Part shown: piece by piece, positions 1 to 9,496 of the stretch
How the letters are laid out: each line of letters begins with the position of its first letter
Numbering within the stretch: position 1 is the first letter of the stretch
Assembly (NCBI GenBank): GCA_030550175.1
Contig: JAUQPW010000007.1
Span: 15,858 to 79,857, forward strand
Source of the DNA: a bacterium
GTDB lineage: Bacteria; Moduliflexota; Moduliflexia; Moduliflexales; JAUQPW01
DNA length: 64,000 nucleotides
Direction: 5' to 3'
Program-made: the position numbers and the translations under genes
The notes under the pieces: generated by a model
The model's database searches: none
The model's input: the letters and a program-made list of their open reading frames with translations, nothing else
What the model was told of the DNA's origin: nothing

Positions 1-599
1 GCCGGAATTCCCAAAGAATGTGCCATGATCGCACTGTGGGAGGTTTTGCTTCCAACATCGGTTACAAAGCCGATAACCCGTTCTTTGGACATTTGTACGG
101 TATCCGAAGGAGAGAGGTCATAGGCAACGACAATGACATCTTCTTTTAGATTATCCAGAGGATTCTCCTCATAACCGATGAGGTTTCTTAGAATGCTGTT
201 TCCTACATGGGTTATGTCCATTTGACGTTCTCGCAGATACTCCGTTTCCGCATTAGCAAGATTTGCCTTGAATCGATCAATCACCTGTTTTAATGCCCAC
301 TCGGCAGACACCTTGTATTTTTTGATATAATTGACAGTCTCCCCCACGAGGGTACTGTCTTCCAGAAGCATCAGGTGGACCTCAATGATTTTAGCCTGTT
401 CGTTATCCTGACCTTCCAGTTTCTTTTTAACTTCCTCTAAATCAGCTTTTGCCCGTTCTACTGCCTTTCGAAAACGATCCGTTTCCTCCTCTACTTCAGA
501 GTTTCGGATCCAGGATGGGTTAATCTCCAACTCTGGATGATCTAAACGGAAAGCTCTTCCTATAACGATTCCTGGCGCTACGCCGATACCCTTGAACAT
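1..599 (-). CDS. ptsI: PTS enzyme I (phosphoenolpyruvate-protein phosphotransferase), N-terminal portion; gene runs off the left edge of the window
   Basis: Reverse translation from ATG at 597-599 gives MFKGIGVAPGIVIGRAFRLDHPELEINPSWIRNSEVEEETDRFRKAVERAKADLEEVKKKLEGQDNEQAKIIEVHLMLLEDS...GFVTDVGSKTSHSAIMAHSLGIP. This is a typical EI N-terminal HPr-binding/phosphohistidine domain. It lies directly downstream of ptsH. Confidence 0.88.
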   Translation of the reverse strand, partial: MFKGIGVAPGIVIGRAFRLDHPELEINPSWIRNSEVEEETDRFRKAVERAKADLEEVKKKLEGQDNEQAKIIEVHLMLLEDSTLVGETVNYIKKYKVSAEWALKQVIDRFKANLANAETEYLRERQMDITHVGNSILRNLIGYEENPLDNLKEDVIVVAYDLSPSDTVQMSKERVIGFVTDVGSKTSHSAIMAHSLGIP

Positions 600-602
600 G
601 GT

Positions 603-872
603 TTATTTCTCCCCAAATCCATTTTCTATGAGTCGGGTCAGTTCTTCTAACATTTCAGAGGCATCTTCCCCTTCTGCCTCTAAAGTGATCTGCGAACCTT
701 TTGCTGCAGCTAAAGTAAGAACCCCCATAATACTCTTTCCATTCACCTGTTGATCATCTTTGGTCAGAATAAGTTTTGCTTTATATTTATTGGAAGTTTT
801 TACAAGCATCGCTGCAGCCCTCGCATGTAAACCCAGTTCATTTTTAATTTCAGCCGTACGCTTTTGCTTCAT
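603..872 (-). CDS. ptsH: phosphocarrier protein HPr
   Basis: ORF 603..935. The internal Met start gives MKQKRTAEIKNELGLHARAAAMLVKTSNKYKAKLILTKDDQQVNGKSIMGVLTLAAAKGSQITLEAEGEDASEMLEELTRLIEN, which matches the HPr fold, including His15 in LHARAA and the Ser46 region GKSIMGV. It has a 4-nt ATGA overlap with the upstream IID gene. Confidence 0.88.
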   Translation of the reverse strand: MKQKRTAEIKNELGLHARAAAMLVKTSNKYKAKLILTKDDQQVNGKSIMGVLTLAAAKGSQITLEAEGEDASEMLEELTRLIENGFGEK

Positions 873-1636
873 AAGCCATATGCAAGGATTATACTGGTCA
901 GACCTACGATAGCTACTTGCCAGTATATGGACCATCCCTGGCGGCTCAATCTACTAAAGAATAAAATCAAAATAAGGGAACAGAGTTTAAGGATAAACTG
1001 ATGATCCTCCAGAAAAACATCCTTAGTGTTCAATTGTAAGGCAGTCATACCCCCTAAAATGGGCAGGGCTATTTGTTTGAAAATCTTGGCTAGACCTGTT
1101 AAATTCAGTTGCTCAATTTTCTTTGCGGCTAAGTCTTCCTGGGAATATCCCCAGATAACTCCCATGACACGAACCTGCAGGTGAAACAGATTATAAACGA
1201 TAAAAAATACCACAGGGCCCAGGAACGCGATGCGACCCCCCAGGACAATACAGGTCAGACCTAAAGCTGCTACAAAGGGCCTTAGGGCTCCCCAGAAGAA
1301 AGCATCCCCAATGGCTGCGTAAGGTCCAGAGGTCATCGTTTTAAAGGAGATAATTTCTTCTTCTGTGGGACGCCCGGTTTGAGCACGTTTTTCTTCCATT
1401 TGTGCTACGGCCCCCAGGATAAAAGATGCAAAATAAGGATGGGTATTAAAGAACCTTAAATGGCGTAAAAAACTTCGCACCCTCTCTTCAGGGGAAGTAT
1501 AAAGTTTTTGAAGGATAGGAGCCAGTGCAAAAACAAAACCTAAGCTTTGCATACGCTGAAAACTCCAGGATGCCTGAAGAAAAAAAGATCTCAAAATAAT
1601 TTTAACTAAATCCCATCGGTTTATCCGTTCTTGCAT
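869..1636 (-). CDS. PTS mannose/fructose/sorbose family IID component
   Basis: 255 aa. N-terminal residues MQERINRWDLVKIILRSFFLQASWSFQRMQSLGFVFALAPIL and the overall composition match the EIID-Man family. It is contiguous with the IIC/IIB/IIA genes. Confidence 0.82.
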   Translation of the reverse strand: MQERINRWDLVKIILRSFFLQASWSFQRMQSLGFVFALAPILQKLYTSPEERVRSFLRHLRFFNTHPYFASFILGAVAQMEEKRAQTGRPTEEEIISFKTMTSGPYAAIGDAFFWGALRPFVAALGLTCIVLGGRIAFLGPVVFFIVYNLFHLQVRVMGVIWGYSQEDLAAKKIEQLNLTGLAKIFKQIALPILGGMTALQLNTKDVFLEDHQFILKLCSLILILFFSRLSRQGWSIYWQVAIVGLTSIILAYGL

Positions 1637-1675
1637 AGGTTTAACCTGGTCAGGGGAAATAAGGGATAAGAACTG

Positions 1676-2476
1676 TTACTGCTGTTTACCCTTCCAGGTT
1701 CTCCGGATTTTAAGTAAAGGAACTCCTATGGCTACCACTAAACCCATTTCTGGGGGTAACTTTAAACCCTCGACCAAAAACAAACAGAGAAAAAATGCGA
1801 TGAAAAAATTACTTAATCCACCGGGTATCTTCAGCAAGTGAAGGGCTGACCCCACACCTATGGTGAGAAATAAGCTATTAAACACCCCGGCGAATCTGAC
1901 AAAGCCCGGAGAGGTAAAAAAAGAAATCTGGGTGCTCAAGTATAAGAGACCTTTTTCCAGTAAAAGAATCAAGGTAGTTCCGATCAGGATCAAGGTAAAA
2001 CCTTTAAGGAAGAAAATGAGAATACCACTGAGATGTTTGAGAGTAACCGCACCGAGATGGCCTTGCAGAACACTGATATCGGCGGATAAAGCCAACTGAT
2101 TATTCAGTTGTCTGACCCAAACATCCGCCCAGACGGTAGCCGGTGCAAACATTACCACCAGGACCAGACTAAATAGAACGGCAACGGCCGGGCTCCAGAA
2201 ATGGAGGCTAAGAATAGCCGTACCTGAGCAAATACAGGCCAAAATGGAATTATCGGAGGGTACTACGGCTCCCGCTGGAACGTAGGAGATCCATAGAAGT
2301 TGAAGTAAAGCCCCCGTGAGAAGGCCAAGCTGGGGATTATCCAATAACAGACCTATCAAAGTAGCTGCTATAAGGGGTTGAGAAAGCATAACCTGAAAAA
2401 CAGCAACACTATCCAGGGATAACAGGCCTCCTACCACACTGATCATTAAAATATCTGTAACACTAGTGAGTAACAT
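1676..2476 (-). CDS. PTS mannose/fructose/sorbose family IIC component
   Basis: 266 aa polytopic membrane protein (LLDNPQLGLLTGALLQLLWISYVPAGAVVP). It sits between the IIB and IID genes. Confidence 0.8.
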   Translation of the reverse strand: MLLTSVTDILMISVVGGLLSLDSVAVFQVMLSQPLIAATLIGLLLDNPQLGLLTGALLQLLWISYVPAGAVVPSDNSILACICSGTAILSLHFWSPAVAVLFSLVLVVMFAPATVWADVWVRQLNNQLALSADISVLQGHLGAVTLKHLSGILIFFLKGFTLILIGTTLILLLEKGLLYLSTQISFFTSPGFVRFAGVFNSLFLTIGVGSALHLLKIPGGLSNFFIAFFLCLFLVEGLKLPPEMGLVVAIGVPLLKIRRTWKGKQQ

Positions 2477-2960
2477 TTTTTACCTTAGCCAATACTTTTT
2501 GAAAACTTGCCGGATGATCTACCGGCACCATTCTTAAATCGATATCAACGCCACAATCGGCCAATTGCTCAAGAAACTCCAACTCCTCCGGCGTTACGAA
2601 GACGGTCTTGGTGAGGGGGATACTTTGAGGTACCTGCTCGGTAATGCCAATATTAAGGGATTTGATAGCCAATCCTGCTTGTACAGCACATTGCAGATCC
2701 CGGAGGTTGCTAAAAAGCAAAAGGATTTTTTCTTGTTTAAATTCTTTTTGGTTAAGTAAGTCGACTATTTCAGAAATCGGAGAGGCACGAAAACAGACCC
2801 CTTCCGGTAAGCTTAAACGCATAATAGTCTGGATCGATGGGTTCTGAGATACGGCATCATTGGCGATGATAATCGAAGTTCCCTTCACATAAGGTAGCCA
2901 ACCACAGATTACCTGTCCGTGAATTAATCGAGCATCGACACGTACCAACTCCAAAGACAT
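2463..2960 (-). CDS. PTS mannose-family IIB component
   Basis: 165 aa. MSLELVRVDARLIHGQV...IIIANDAVSQNP is the EIIB-Man fold, with the phospho-His in RLIHGQV. Confidence 0.82.
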   Translation of the reverse strand: MSLELVRVDARLIHGQVICGWLPYVKGTSIIIANDAVSQNPSIQTIMRLSLPEGVCFRASPISEIVDLLNQKEFKQEKILLLFSNLRDLQCAVQAGLAIKSLNIGITEQVPQSIPLTKTVFVTPEELEFLEQLADCGVDIDLRMVPVDHPASFQKVLAKVKNVTH

Positions 2961-3060
2961 CTTTTAAAGGATAAAAAGAGAAGGACGAAGGATAAAAACC
3001 GTCTTTCCGGTATTTTTGCGTTGGTTGTATCCTTCATCCTTTATCCTTCCTCCGATTGAG

Positions 3061-3468
3061 TTAACGGTGGAGGAATTCACTGGCGACATGGATACTATTC
3101 TGACCCGTCTTTTTTACAGCACTTGCAAGCTCTTTAAGGGAAATTGTGCCGTTGTTTGTTGTAGCGAGTTTTAACAGCATGGGCAGATTAACTCCGGTAA
3201 TCACTTCAACATGCAACTCATCGAGGAAGGATAGACTGATATTAGAGGGGGTACCTCCAAACATGTCTGTAAAAACCAAAACGCCAGACCCATCATCTAC
3301 TTCCTTGATAGCTTTCCGAATTCTCTCCCTTGCCGAATTAACCCCATCATTTACATCAATGGAGACCGATCTAACACGGGTTAATGGACCTACAATCATT
3401 TCAGCAGCATGAACAAGTTCTTGAGCAAACTGACCGTGTGCTACAACGACAGCACCAATCATTATCAA
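3061..3468 (-). CDS. PTS mannose-family IIA component
   Basis: 135 aa. MIMIGAVVVAHGQFAQEL...VLVFTDMFGGTPSN is the EIIA-Man fold, with the active His in VAHGQ. Confidence 0.82.
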   Translation of the reverse strand: MIMIGAVVVAHGQFAQELVHAAEMIVGPLTRVRSVSIDVNDGVNSARERIRKAIKEVDDGSGVLVFTDMFGGTPSNISLSFLDELHVEVITGVNLPMLLKLATTNNGTISLKELASAVKKTGQNSIHVASEFLHR

Positions 3469-3615
3469 TTATTGTCCGCTGTCCGTTGTTATCATAAAGG
3501 CCCTCTGATAAACTTTCGATAGGCCTGAGTTGCTGCAAACAAGCAAGCGAAATTAAGGTCGCTACTCCAAACTTGCAACAGCCAACGGACAACGGATAAC
3601 TCGTTATAGAATAGA

Positions 3616-4554
3616 TTATTGATTTCTAAGTTTTTTATTAAGTTTGTCATTAAGATCTTTGGCCGAATCAAAACCCATTTCCTTTAAAAGCTGGTTCCTT
3701 GCCGCAACCTCTACAATCATGGCCATATTCCGTCCAGGACCTACCGGCATTTCAATATAAGGTAAATTTACATTTAAAATACTTAATTTTTTTTCCGTAA
3801 GACCTAGCCGTTCATATTCGAGGGAAGATTTCCACTCCACAAACTTAATAACTAAATTTATCTCTTTTTGGTGTGCTACGGAGGCAATCCCAAAGAGATC
3901 TTTAATATTAATAATACCTAATCCTCGGACTTCCATCAAGTCCTGAAGCAATTCCGAGGCCATTCCGATGAGCTTATTGGGGAAGATTCGCTTGATAAAA
4001 ACCACATCATCTGCCACCAAACGATGTCCTCTTACAACCAGGTCTAAGGCACATTCGCTTTTACCGATCCCACTGTCTCCCAACATGAGCACTCCGGCCC
4101 CGTAAACATCCACCAAGACTCCATGCATACTTATAGAAGAAGCCAGACGGTATTCTAGAAAAGCATTGATTTCATTAATGCAGGCTGCACTGGTCATAGA
4201 AGTCCGCAGCGTAGGAACACGGGCCCTATTAGCCTCCTCTAGAAGTTCTTTGGGTACTTCCTGGCCCTTTGTAACGACGATGCAAGAGATGGTCATATTC
4301 ATGAAGTCGCTAATCCTTTTCTTTCGCTCCTCGCTGGGTAGTTCAAAGAGGTAGGTAATCTCCGTTTCTCCTAAGATCTGAACCCTATTGGGATGTACGT
4401 GCTTAAGAAAACCGGCAAAGGCAAGTCCGGGTTTTTGGATTCGGTAGTGACTGATTCTATTTTCAAGCCCCTCCTCTCCGGCCAGAATCTCGAACTGAAG
4501 AAGCTTTAACCCTTCTTTTAACTCACGAACACTGATACTGCCTTCGGTACTCAC
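3616..4554 (-). CDS. hprK: HPr kinase/phosphorylase
   Basis: Walker A GDSGIGKSECALDLVVRGHRLVADDVV, plus the C-terminal HprK signature LEIRGLGIINI. The annotated first 18 aa (MGVETPILPYFHTFLFPK) are encoded by the intergenic hairpin repeat and are probably not translated. The start is more likely a GTG/ATG near 4554. Confidence 0.88.
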   Translation of the reverse strand: MSTEGSISVRELKEGLKLLQFEILAGEEGLENRISHYRIQKPGLAFAGFLKHVHPNRVQILGETEITYLFELPSEERKKRISDFMNMTISCIVVTKGQEVPKELLEEANRARVPTLRTSMTSAACINEINAFLEYRLASSISMHGVLVDVYGAGVLMLGDSGIGKSECALDLVVRGHRLVADDVVFIKRIFPNKLIGMASELLQDLMEVRGLGIINIKDLFGIASVAHQKEINLVIKFVEWKSSLEYERLGLTEKKLSILNVNLPYIEMPVGPGRNMAMIVEVAARNQLLKEMGFDSAKDLNDKLNKKLRNQ

Positions 4555-4570
4555 TTTAGGAAATAAGAAA

Positions 4571-4629
4571 GTATGGAAGTATGGGAGTATGGGGGTCTCT
4601 ACTCCCACACCTCCACACCTCCAACCCCC
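4571..4629. repeat. GTATGGGAGTATGGG-family imperfect palindromic hairpin repeat (copy 1), in the ptsN|hprK spacer
   Basis: The left arm gtatggaagtatgggagtatggggg is complementary to the right arm tcccacacctccacacctcc when G-U pairs are allowed. Pairing is better in the minus-strand (operon) transcript. Confidence 0.6.
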
Positions 4630-4635
4630 GGCTCC

Positions 4636-5097
4636 TTAGTACTTTGCATCTTCTTTAGCAATAATATCATAGATCTCTTTTTTTGTTTTAGCTTGAATAA
4701 GAGCCGATCGAACTTCAGAATTTTTAAAGAGGCGGGAAATTCGCGCCAGAATTTTTAAATGAACCCCTGCAGAATTATCCGGAACTAACAATAAAAAGAA
4801 TAAATAGACGGGTTGTCCATCTAAGGCCTCAAAATCAACCCCTTTTAAACAACGCCCGAAAGCAGCCCGGGTTTCTTTAAGTCCTCTGGATTTTCCATGG
4901 GGAATAGCAATACCCTCTCCAATACCTGTACTTCCCAGCTTTTCCCTTTCTATCAAACTATTTAAAACACTCTGCTTATCTACATAGGGTACTCGCTGTA
5001 AAGCTGCTTCCGTTAATACCTCCAAAACCTCAAGCTTATTTGTAGCCTGAACATCCGGTAGAATAGCTTCTTCATCGAGAATATCCGTTAATTTCAT
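4636..5097 (-). CDS. ptsN: PTS IIA-Ntr nitrogen regulatory protein
   Basis: MKLTDILDEEAILPDV...GIAIPHGKS is the EIIA-Fru/Ntr fold with the active His. It occupies the canonical position between hpf and hprK. Confidence 0.8.
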   Translation of the reverse strand: MKLTDILDEEAILPDVQATNKLEVLEVLTEAALQRVPYVDKQSVLNSLIEREKLGSTGIGEGIAIPHGKSRGLKETRAAFGRCLKGVDFEALDGQPVYLFFLLLVPDNSAGVHLKILARISRLFKNSEVRSALIQAKTKKEIYDIIAKEDAKY

Positions 5098-5183
5098 CCT
5101 ACAACGTAAAACGCAAAGTATAAAACGTAAGGAACTATCTTTCCGGCTCAACGTTTTACATTTTACGTTTTACGTTTTATGCT

Positions 5184-5741
5184 TTACTGGAAAGTGGGTT
5201 CAATCAAGCCATAATTGCCATCATCTCTTCTATATAGGACATTAATTTGGTTTGTTTCATGGTTAAGAAAGACCAGAAAACCGTCCTGAGAAAGTCTCAT
5301 TTGGAGGGTTGCTTCTTCCAGAGACATGGGTTTTACGGCGAACTTTTCCGTTCGAATTACCCGAGGAGAAAAAGTAGGTTCTTCTTCCGATTCAAATTGA
5401 ACAGATTCAGAAATAGATTGAACCACCTCGCCTAGGTTTTTAGGAGACTTTTTTGACTTACGAGAGATGATTTTCCCTTTCCGTTTCTTGATTTGTTTTT
5501 CAATTTTATCTATGGCAATATCGATGGCTTGATACATATCTCCGGTTTCTTCCTGGCCATGGATTTTTGTTCTCCTGGCCTGTAAGGTTACCTCGGCCGT
5601 ATGTCGATATTTCTCTACGGAGAGTATGATGTGGGCTTCAACGATATTGAGATACTTCCCCAGTTTCTCAATCTTGGTTGTTACATACTCTCGAAGTGCA
5701 TTTGTAATTTCCAGGTGCCGGCCTGTAATGTTAATTTGCAT
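5184..5741 (-). CDS. hpf: ribosome hibernation promoting factor (long form)
   Basis: MQINITGRHLEITNALREYVTTKIEKLGKY is the sigma-54 modulation/RaiA/HPF family. It lies directly downstream of rpoN. Confidence 0.88.
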   Translation of the reverse strand: MQINITGRHLEITNALREYVTTKIEKLGKYLNIVEAHIILSVEKYRHTAEVTLQARRTKIHGQEETGDMYQAIDIAIDKIEKQIKKRKGKIISRKSKKSPKNLGEVVQSISESVQFESEEEPTFSPRVIRTEKFAVKPMSLEEATLQMRLSQDGFLVFLNHETNQINVLYRRDDGNYGLIEPTFQ

Positions 5742-5863
5742 AGATTTCCCTCCTCCGATGGGTCATGGATCCTTACGTAATGAGTGGCGAGTGTGAGGAG
5801 GAATAAGCGATGAATGGGGTGGAGAGGGGTGAAAAGAAAAACGCCTTACCCATCACTCATTAC

Positions 5864-7357
5864 TTAGGAGGTTTTACGTTTTCGTTTAACTGAAGAGGGA
5901 ATATTTAGATCTTCCCGGTACTTAGCGATGGTTCTTCGGGCTATTTCAATGCCATCTTTCTTTAAAAGATCCAGAATTTCCTTATCACTATAGGGATTAG
6001 CCGTATCTTCATTTAGAATAATGTTCTTTATTTTTTCTTTTACTGCAATAGAGGAAATATCATTACCGGAAGTACGACTTAGCCCACTATGGAAGAAGAA
6101 TTTAAGTTCAAAGATTCCCCTCGGCGTATGCATGTATTTATTAGTTGTCACCCGACTGACGGTGGATTCGTGCATAGAAATATCTTCGGCTACATCACGT
6201 AATACGAGAGGTTTTAAATGGCTTATTCCATGATCCAGGAACTCGCTTTGAAATTTAATGATACTCTTACCGACTTTATAAATGGTTCGTTTACGTTGTT
6301 CAATGCTTCGAATGAGCCAGATAGCAGATCGCAGCTTTTGTTCTACATATTGTCGGGTGGATTCGGAAACTTCGGCATTGTTGTGTCGAAGGATGCTTTT
6401 GTAAAGGTTATTGATTCGTAAGCGGGGGATGTCTTCTTCATTCAAAACCACTTCGTATTCTGATCCCATTTTATACACGTATAAATCGGGAATAATGTAT
6501 CGGGTTTTTTCATCAGAATATTCCAACCCAGGCTTGGGATTTAGCTTTTTAAGAATTTTATGAGCCAGTTTAATATCTTCGACCGTGGTATTAAATTTAG
6601 TGGCCAGTTCTTGATATTTCCCTCTTACCAGAGGTTCCAGCAAGTTTTCCTGGATAATTTTTTCGATAACGGTATTTTGCAGCTTGAGGTGCCGGATCTG
6701 AATCAGAAAACACTCCCTATAGTCCCTGGCTCCAACTCCGGCCGGATCAAAATTCTGAATTTTTCCTAAAACCCTTTCCACATCTTCTACCCGACACCGG
6801 GCCTCCTGGGCGATTTCTTCCAAAGGCGTTCGCAAATATCCGTCTTCTTCTATATTACCGATAATAAGCATACCGATTCGCAGTTCTTCTTCACTGGAAG
6901 TAGTCAGTTGAAGTTGCCATATCAGGTGGTCAATGAGGGAGGAGGATTTGGTCAGGATGTTTTCATAAGAAGGTCCTTCGCTATCGGGATCCCACTCCGT
7001 AAATTCTCCTAACCCGCTAGGATTATCTTCAAAATAATCTTCCCAATTAACCAAATCCGATGATTTTTTTTCCTCGGGTTCTGTTTCCATGGGCTCCTCC
7101 CAGGTGGGAGGGGGATTCTCAATCTGAATAGGCGACTCACCGTCTAGTTCTCGTTCGATTTCCTCGATACCTATCTTTTCTTGATCCGGTTCATCCTCTA
7201 AAGAAACTTCCAATAAAGGATTCTCGATAACTTCCTGCTCAATCATCTCCTTCAGTTCTAATGCGGACATCTGCAGCAGTTTAATAGCCTGCTGTAACAT
7301 GGGCGTCATGACAAGACGCTGAGTCATTTTGAGATTGAGTCTAGTATCCATTATCAT
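5864..7357 (-). CDS. rpoN: RNA polymerase sigma-54 factor
   Basis: N-terminal Gln/Leu-rich region I (MTQRLVMTPMLQQAIKLLQMSALEL), an acidic region II, a core-binding domain, and the C-terminal RpoN box ARRTIAKYRE. Confidence 0.95.
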   Translation of the reverse strand: MIMDTRLNLKMTQRLVMTPMLQQAIKLLQMSALELKEMIEQEVIENPLLEVSLEDEPDQEKIGIEEIERELDGESPIQIENPPPTWEEPMETEPEEKKSSDLVNWEDYFEDNPSGLGEFTEWDPDSEGPSYENILTKSSSLIDHLIWQLQLTTSSEEELRIGMLIIGNIEEDGYLRTPLEEIAQEARCRVEDVERVLGKIQNFDPAGVGARDYRECFLIQIRHLKLQNTVIEKIIQENLLEPLVRGKYQELATKFNTTVEDIKLAHKILKKLNPKPGLEYSDEKTRYIIPDLYVYKMGSEYEVVLNEEDIPRLRINNLYKSILRHNNAEVSESTRQYVEQKLRSAIWLIRSIEQRKRTIYKVGKSIIKFQSEFLDHGISHLKPLVLRDVAEDISMHESTVSRVTTNKYMHTPRGIFELKFFFHSGLSRTSGNDISSIAVKEKIKNIILNEDTANPYSDKEILDLLKKDGIEIARRTIAKYREDLNIPSSVKRKRKTS

Positions 7358-7441
7358 AGCCCTAAACTACTCCAACTTCTATATTCAAAGCTCAAGGTAA
7401 AGAATCTTTTACCTTAAGCCTCAAATGATGAAATCTCAAAA

Positions 7442-8164
7442 CTACAATACAAAATCCTCTCCCAAATAAAGCTCCTTAGCCTTTTTATTAAAAGCCAGTT
7501 CTAAAGGAGTCCCTGAAAAACGTATTTCCCCATCAGTTAGAATATAAGCCCGGTCCGTAGTCTTCAAAGTCTCACGAACATTATGATCTGTAATTAAAAC
7601 CCCAATTCCTCGATAAGCCAGTTGGGCGATGATATCTTGAATATCTGCTACCGCCTTGGGATCAATGCCGGCAAAAGGTTCATCTAACAGAATAAAAGAG
7701 GGAGAAGTAACCAACGCTCTGGTAATCTCAACCCGCCGACGCTCTCCGCCGGAGAGCGTATACGCTTTGTTATATCGGACCCTTGCAATATCGAGTTCGT
7801 TTAACAAAGCGTCCAGCCGTTCTTTACGCTCGGTAGCTGTAAGATTGAGGGTTTCCAAAATGGCTAAAATATTTTCTTCAACGGTTAATTTCCGAAATAC
7901 AGAAGCTTCCTGGGGTAAATAACCTAATCCCTTGCGTGCCCGCATATACATGGGATACTCGGTAATATCTTCCTCCCCTAAGTACACCCGTCCCTCTTCA
8001 GGTCGTATGAGCCCAATGAGCATATAAAAGGTAGTCGTTTTACCCGCCCCATTAGGTCCCAACAATCCAACGACTTCCCCTTGCCGAACGCTCAAACTAA
8101 CCCTATTTACCACCTTCCGGCCTTTGTAACTTTTCTGAAGATTCTCCGCACGCAACTCAATCAC
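7442..8164 (-). CDS. lptB: LPS export ABC transporter ATP-binding protein
   Basis: Walker [10 protein letters not shown], the ABC signature [11 protein letters not shown], and the conserved lptCAB-rpoN context. The ORF-track N-terminus ([14 protein letters not shown]) is encoded by the hairpin repeat. The real start is probably GTG or TTG near 8164. Confidence 0.88.
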   Translation of the reverse strand: MIELRAENLQKSYKGRKVVNRVSLSVRQGEVVGLLGPNGAGKTTTFYMLIGLIRPEEGRVYLGEEDITEYPMYMRARKGLGYLPQEASVFRKLTVEENILAILETLNLTATERKERLDALLNELDIARVRYNKAYTLSGGERRRVEITRALVTSPSFILLDEPFAGIDPKAVADIQDIIAQLAYRGIGVLITDHNVRETLKTTDRAYILTDGEIRFSGTPLELAFNKKAKELYLGEDFVL

Positions 8165-8173
8165 AACCGAGTA

Positions 8174-8235
8174 GGGAAGTAGGAGAGTGTGGGAGTATGG
8201 GAGTATCATACCTCCACACTCTTACACTCTCTTAC
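8174..8235. repeat. GTATGGGAGTATGGG-family hairpin repeat (copy 2), in the lptA|lptB spacer
   Basis: gagagtgtgggagtatgggagtat / acctccacactcttacactctc form an imperfect palindrome. Confidence 0.6.
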
Positions 8236-8244
8236 TTTTCTGCT

Positions 8245-9447
8245 CTACGGCTTCTGCCCCCCAGGATAAAGGGTTGCCTTAATGGGGGACTCTACCTCAG
8301 TTTTTTCGCTTTTTTTTTCCTCTGATTTGGATTTGTTATCAGCTCCCGTATTTTGATCTCCCGGGAGAACCGTTTTAACACGACTCTTTTTAGCAGCCGT
8401 CGTGGTGGTAGCCGGACCACCCTTTGCAACATATTTATCCACGGCCAGAAAAGCCTCTATAATTGGGGCTTCTAAGGTATTTTTCTTGACCCTGTCTTCT
8501 GCCCGTGCTTTGTTTCCGTCTAAACCTTCAAGAACGGCTCGCTGGGTATCATCATAGTACGTACCGCGATCGCCGGTAAATAACATATTATCCTTCGCAA
8601 TACGAACATTATCAAATACTTCTATCTTTAAAAGCTCATCCTTTTCTGCCCGGGCATAGGCAATCATTTTCTCAGCCCTTAACTCGGTTGTCGCCTTCAC
8701 GGCAACTACATTTCCAATATAAGTGGCAGTACGGTTCACATTATCTAAGACAACCTTATCGGCCGTAATTACAATGGGAACATCTCCCTTAAAACTCTCC
8801 TTCAAGGAACTCGGCTTGGAACTTGAAGTTTTCTCAACCTTCTCGGATGGGGATCCCTTGTTTGGCCCGCCATCTGAAGTTTTCTCAGCCGATTTGGATT
8901 CGGATTCTTTCTTCGGATGAAGCGTCATGACCACACGTTCAGGTTTGTCATCCCCAAAAGCCTCTAAGACATCTCTATCCAGATAAGCAATCAAACGGTT
9001 ACCGGTTAACGTATTATCCACCTGCCAGGCCTTGGCATTTCCCTCCACCTCCAGCTTTTGCTCCGCATCATAATAAGTACAGGTGTCTCCCGTTGCTGTG
9101 ATAGTCTCTCGAACCAGTCGACAATCTCCAACGGCCACAGCCTTCTCTAGTTTTTCCTGGTCATTGGCATAAACGATGAGTTTATCGGTAAAAATATGGG
9201 TCTGATCCTGACTGACAACCACATTACCGGTATAAATGGCAATCTTCTTGTTATTATCGATTTCAAGTTCATCCGCCGTAATTTCAGTAGGCCCACGACT
9301 TTTTTTCATCTTGTCTTGCAATTTTTCATCTTTTTTCTCGGTCTTGGCGGGCTCTTGAGACTGGTCTTGAGATTGAACGGATGGCGATAGGGCTAAACAG
9401 ACTCCCAGTATCACGAATCCTATAAACCATCTCTCCAGCTTTTTCAT
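8245..9447 (-). CDS. lptA: LptA/OstA-like periplasmic LPS transport protein, unusually long (about 400 aa), with two OstA-like beta-jellyroll segments and a K/S/E-rich linker
   Basis: Signal peptide. Two segments each resemble LptA (IYTGNVVVSQDQTHIFTDKLIVY... and ATYIGNVVAVKATTELRAEKMIAY...). Its position between lptC and lptB supports the call. Confidence 0.6.
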   Translation of the reverse strand: MKKLERWFIGFVILGVCLALSPSVQSQDQSQEPAKTEKKDEKLQDKMKKSRGPTEITADELEIDNNKKIAIYTGNVVVSQDQTHIFTDKLIVYANDQEKLEKAVAVGDCRLVRETITATGDTCTYYDAEQKLEVEGNAKAWQVDNTLTGNRLIAYLDRDVLEAFGDDKPERVVMTLHPKKESESKSAEKTSDGGPNKGSPSEKVEKTSSSKPSSLKESFKGDVPIVITADKVVLDNVNRTATYIGNVVAVKATTELRAEKMIAYARAEKDELLKIEVFDNVRIAKDNMLFTGDRGTYYDDTQRAVLEGLDGNKARAEDRVKKNTLEAPIIEAFLAVDKYVAKGGPATTTTAAKKSRVKTVLPGDQNTGADNKSKSEEKKSEKTEVESPIKATLYPGGQKP

Positions 9448-9496
9448 AACTTCCCCCCTTTAAAGTTCTAAATTAATCTGCCTTAAATAAAGGCAG

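Noticed and set aside
1860-2099. Numerous small antisense ORFs inside well-supported genes (e.g. 1860..2099, 17576..18094, 23539..23934, 38856..39109, 62188..62544, 62816..63154)
   Set aside because: Each is embedded opposite or out of frame in a confidently identified gene and shows biased, low-complexity composition.
4555-4608. N-terminal 18 aa of the hprK ORF (MGVETPILPYFHTFLFPK) and the analogous [14 protein letters not shown] of lptB (8165-8209)
   Set aside because: Both peptides are translations of the GTATGGGAGT hairpin repeat. The similar ILPY.HT strings in two unrelated proteins are a repeat artefact, so both starts were moved downstream.
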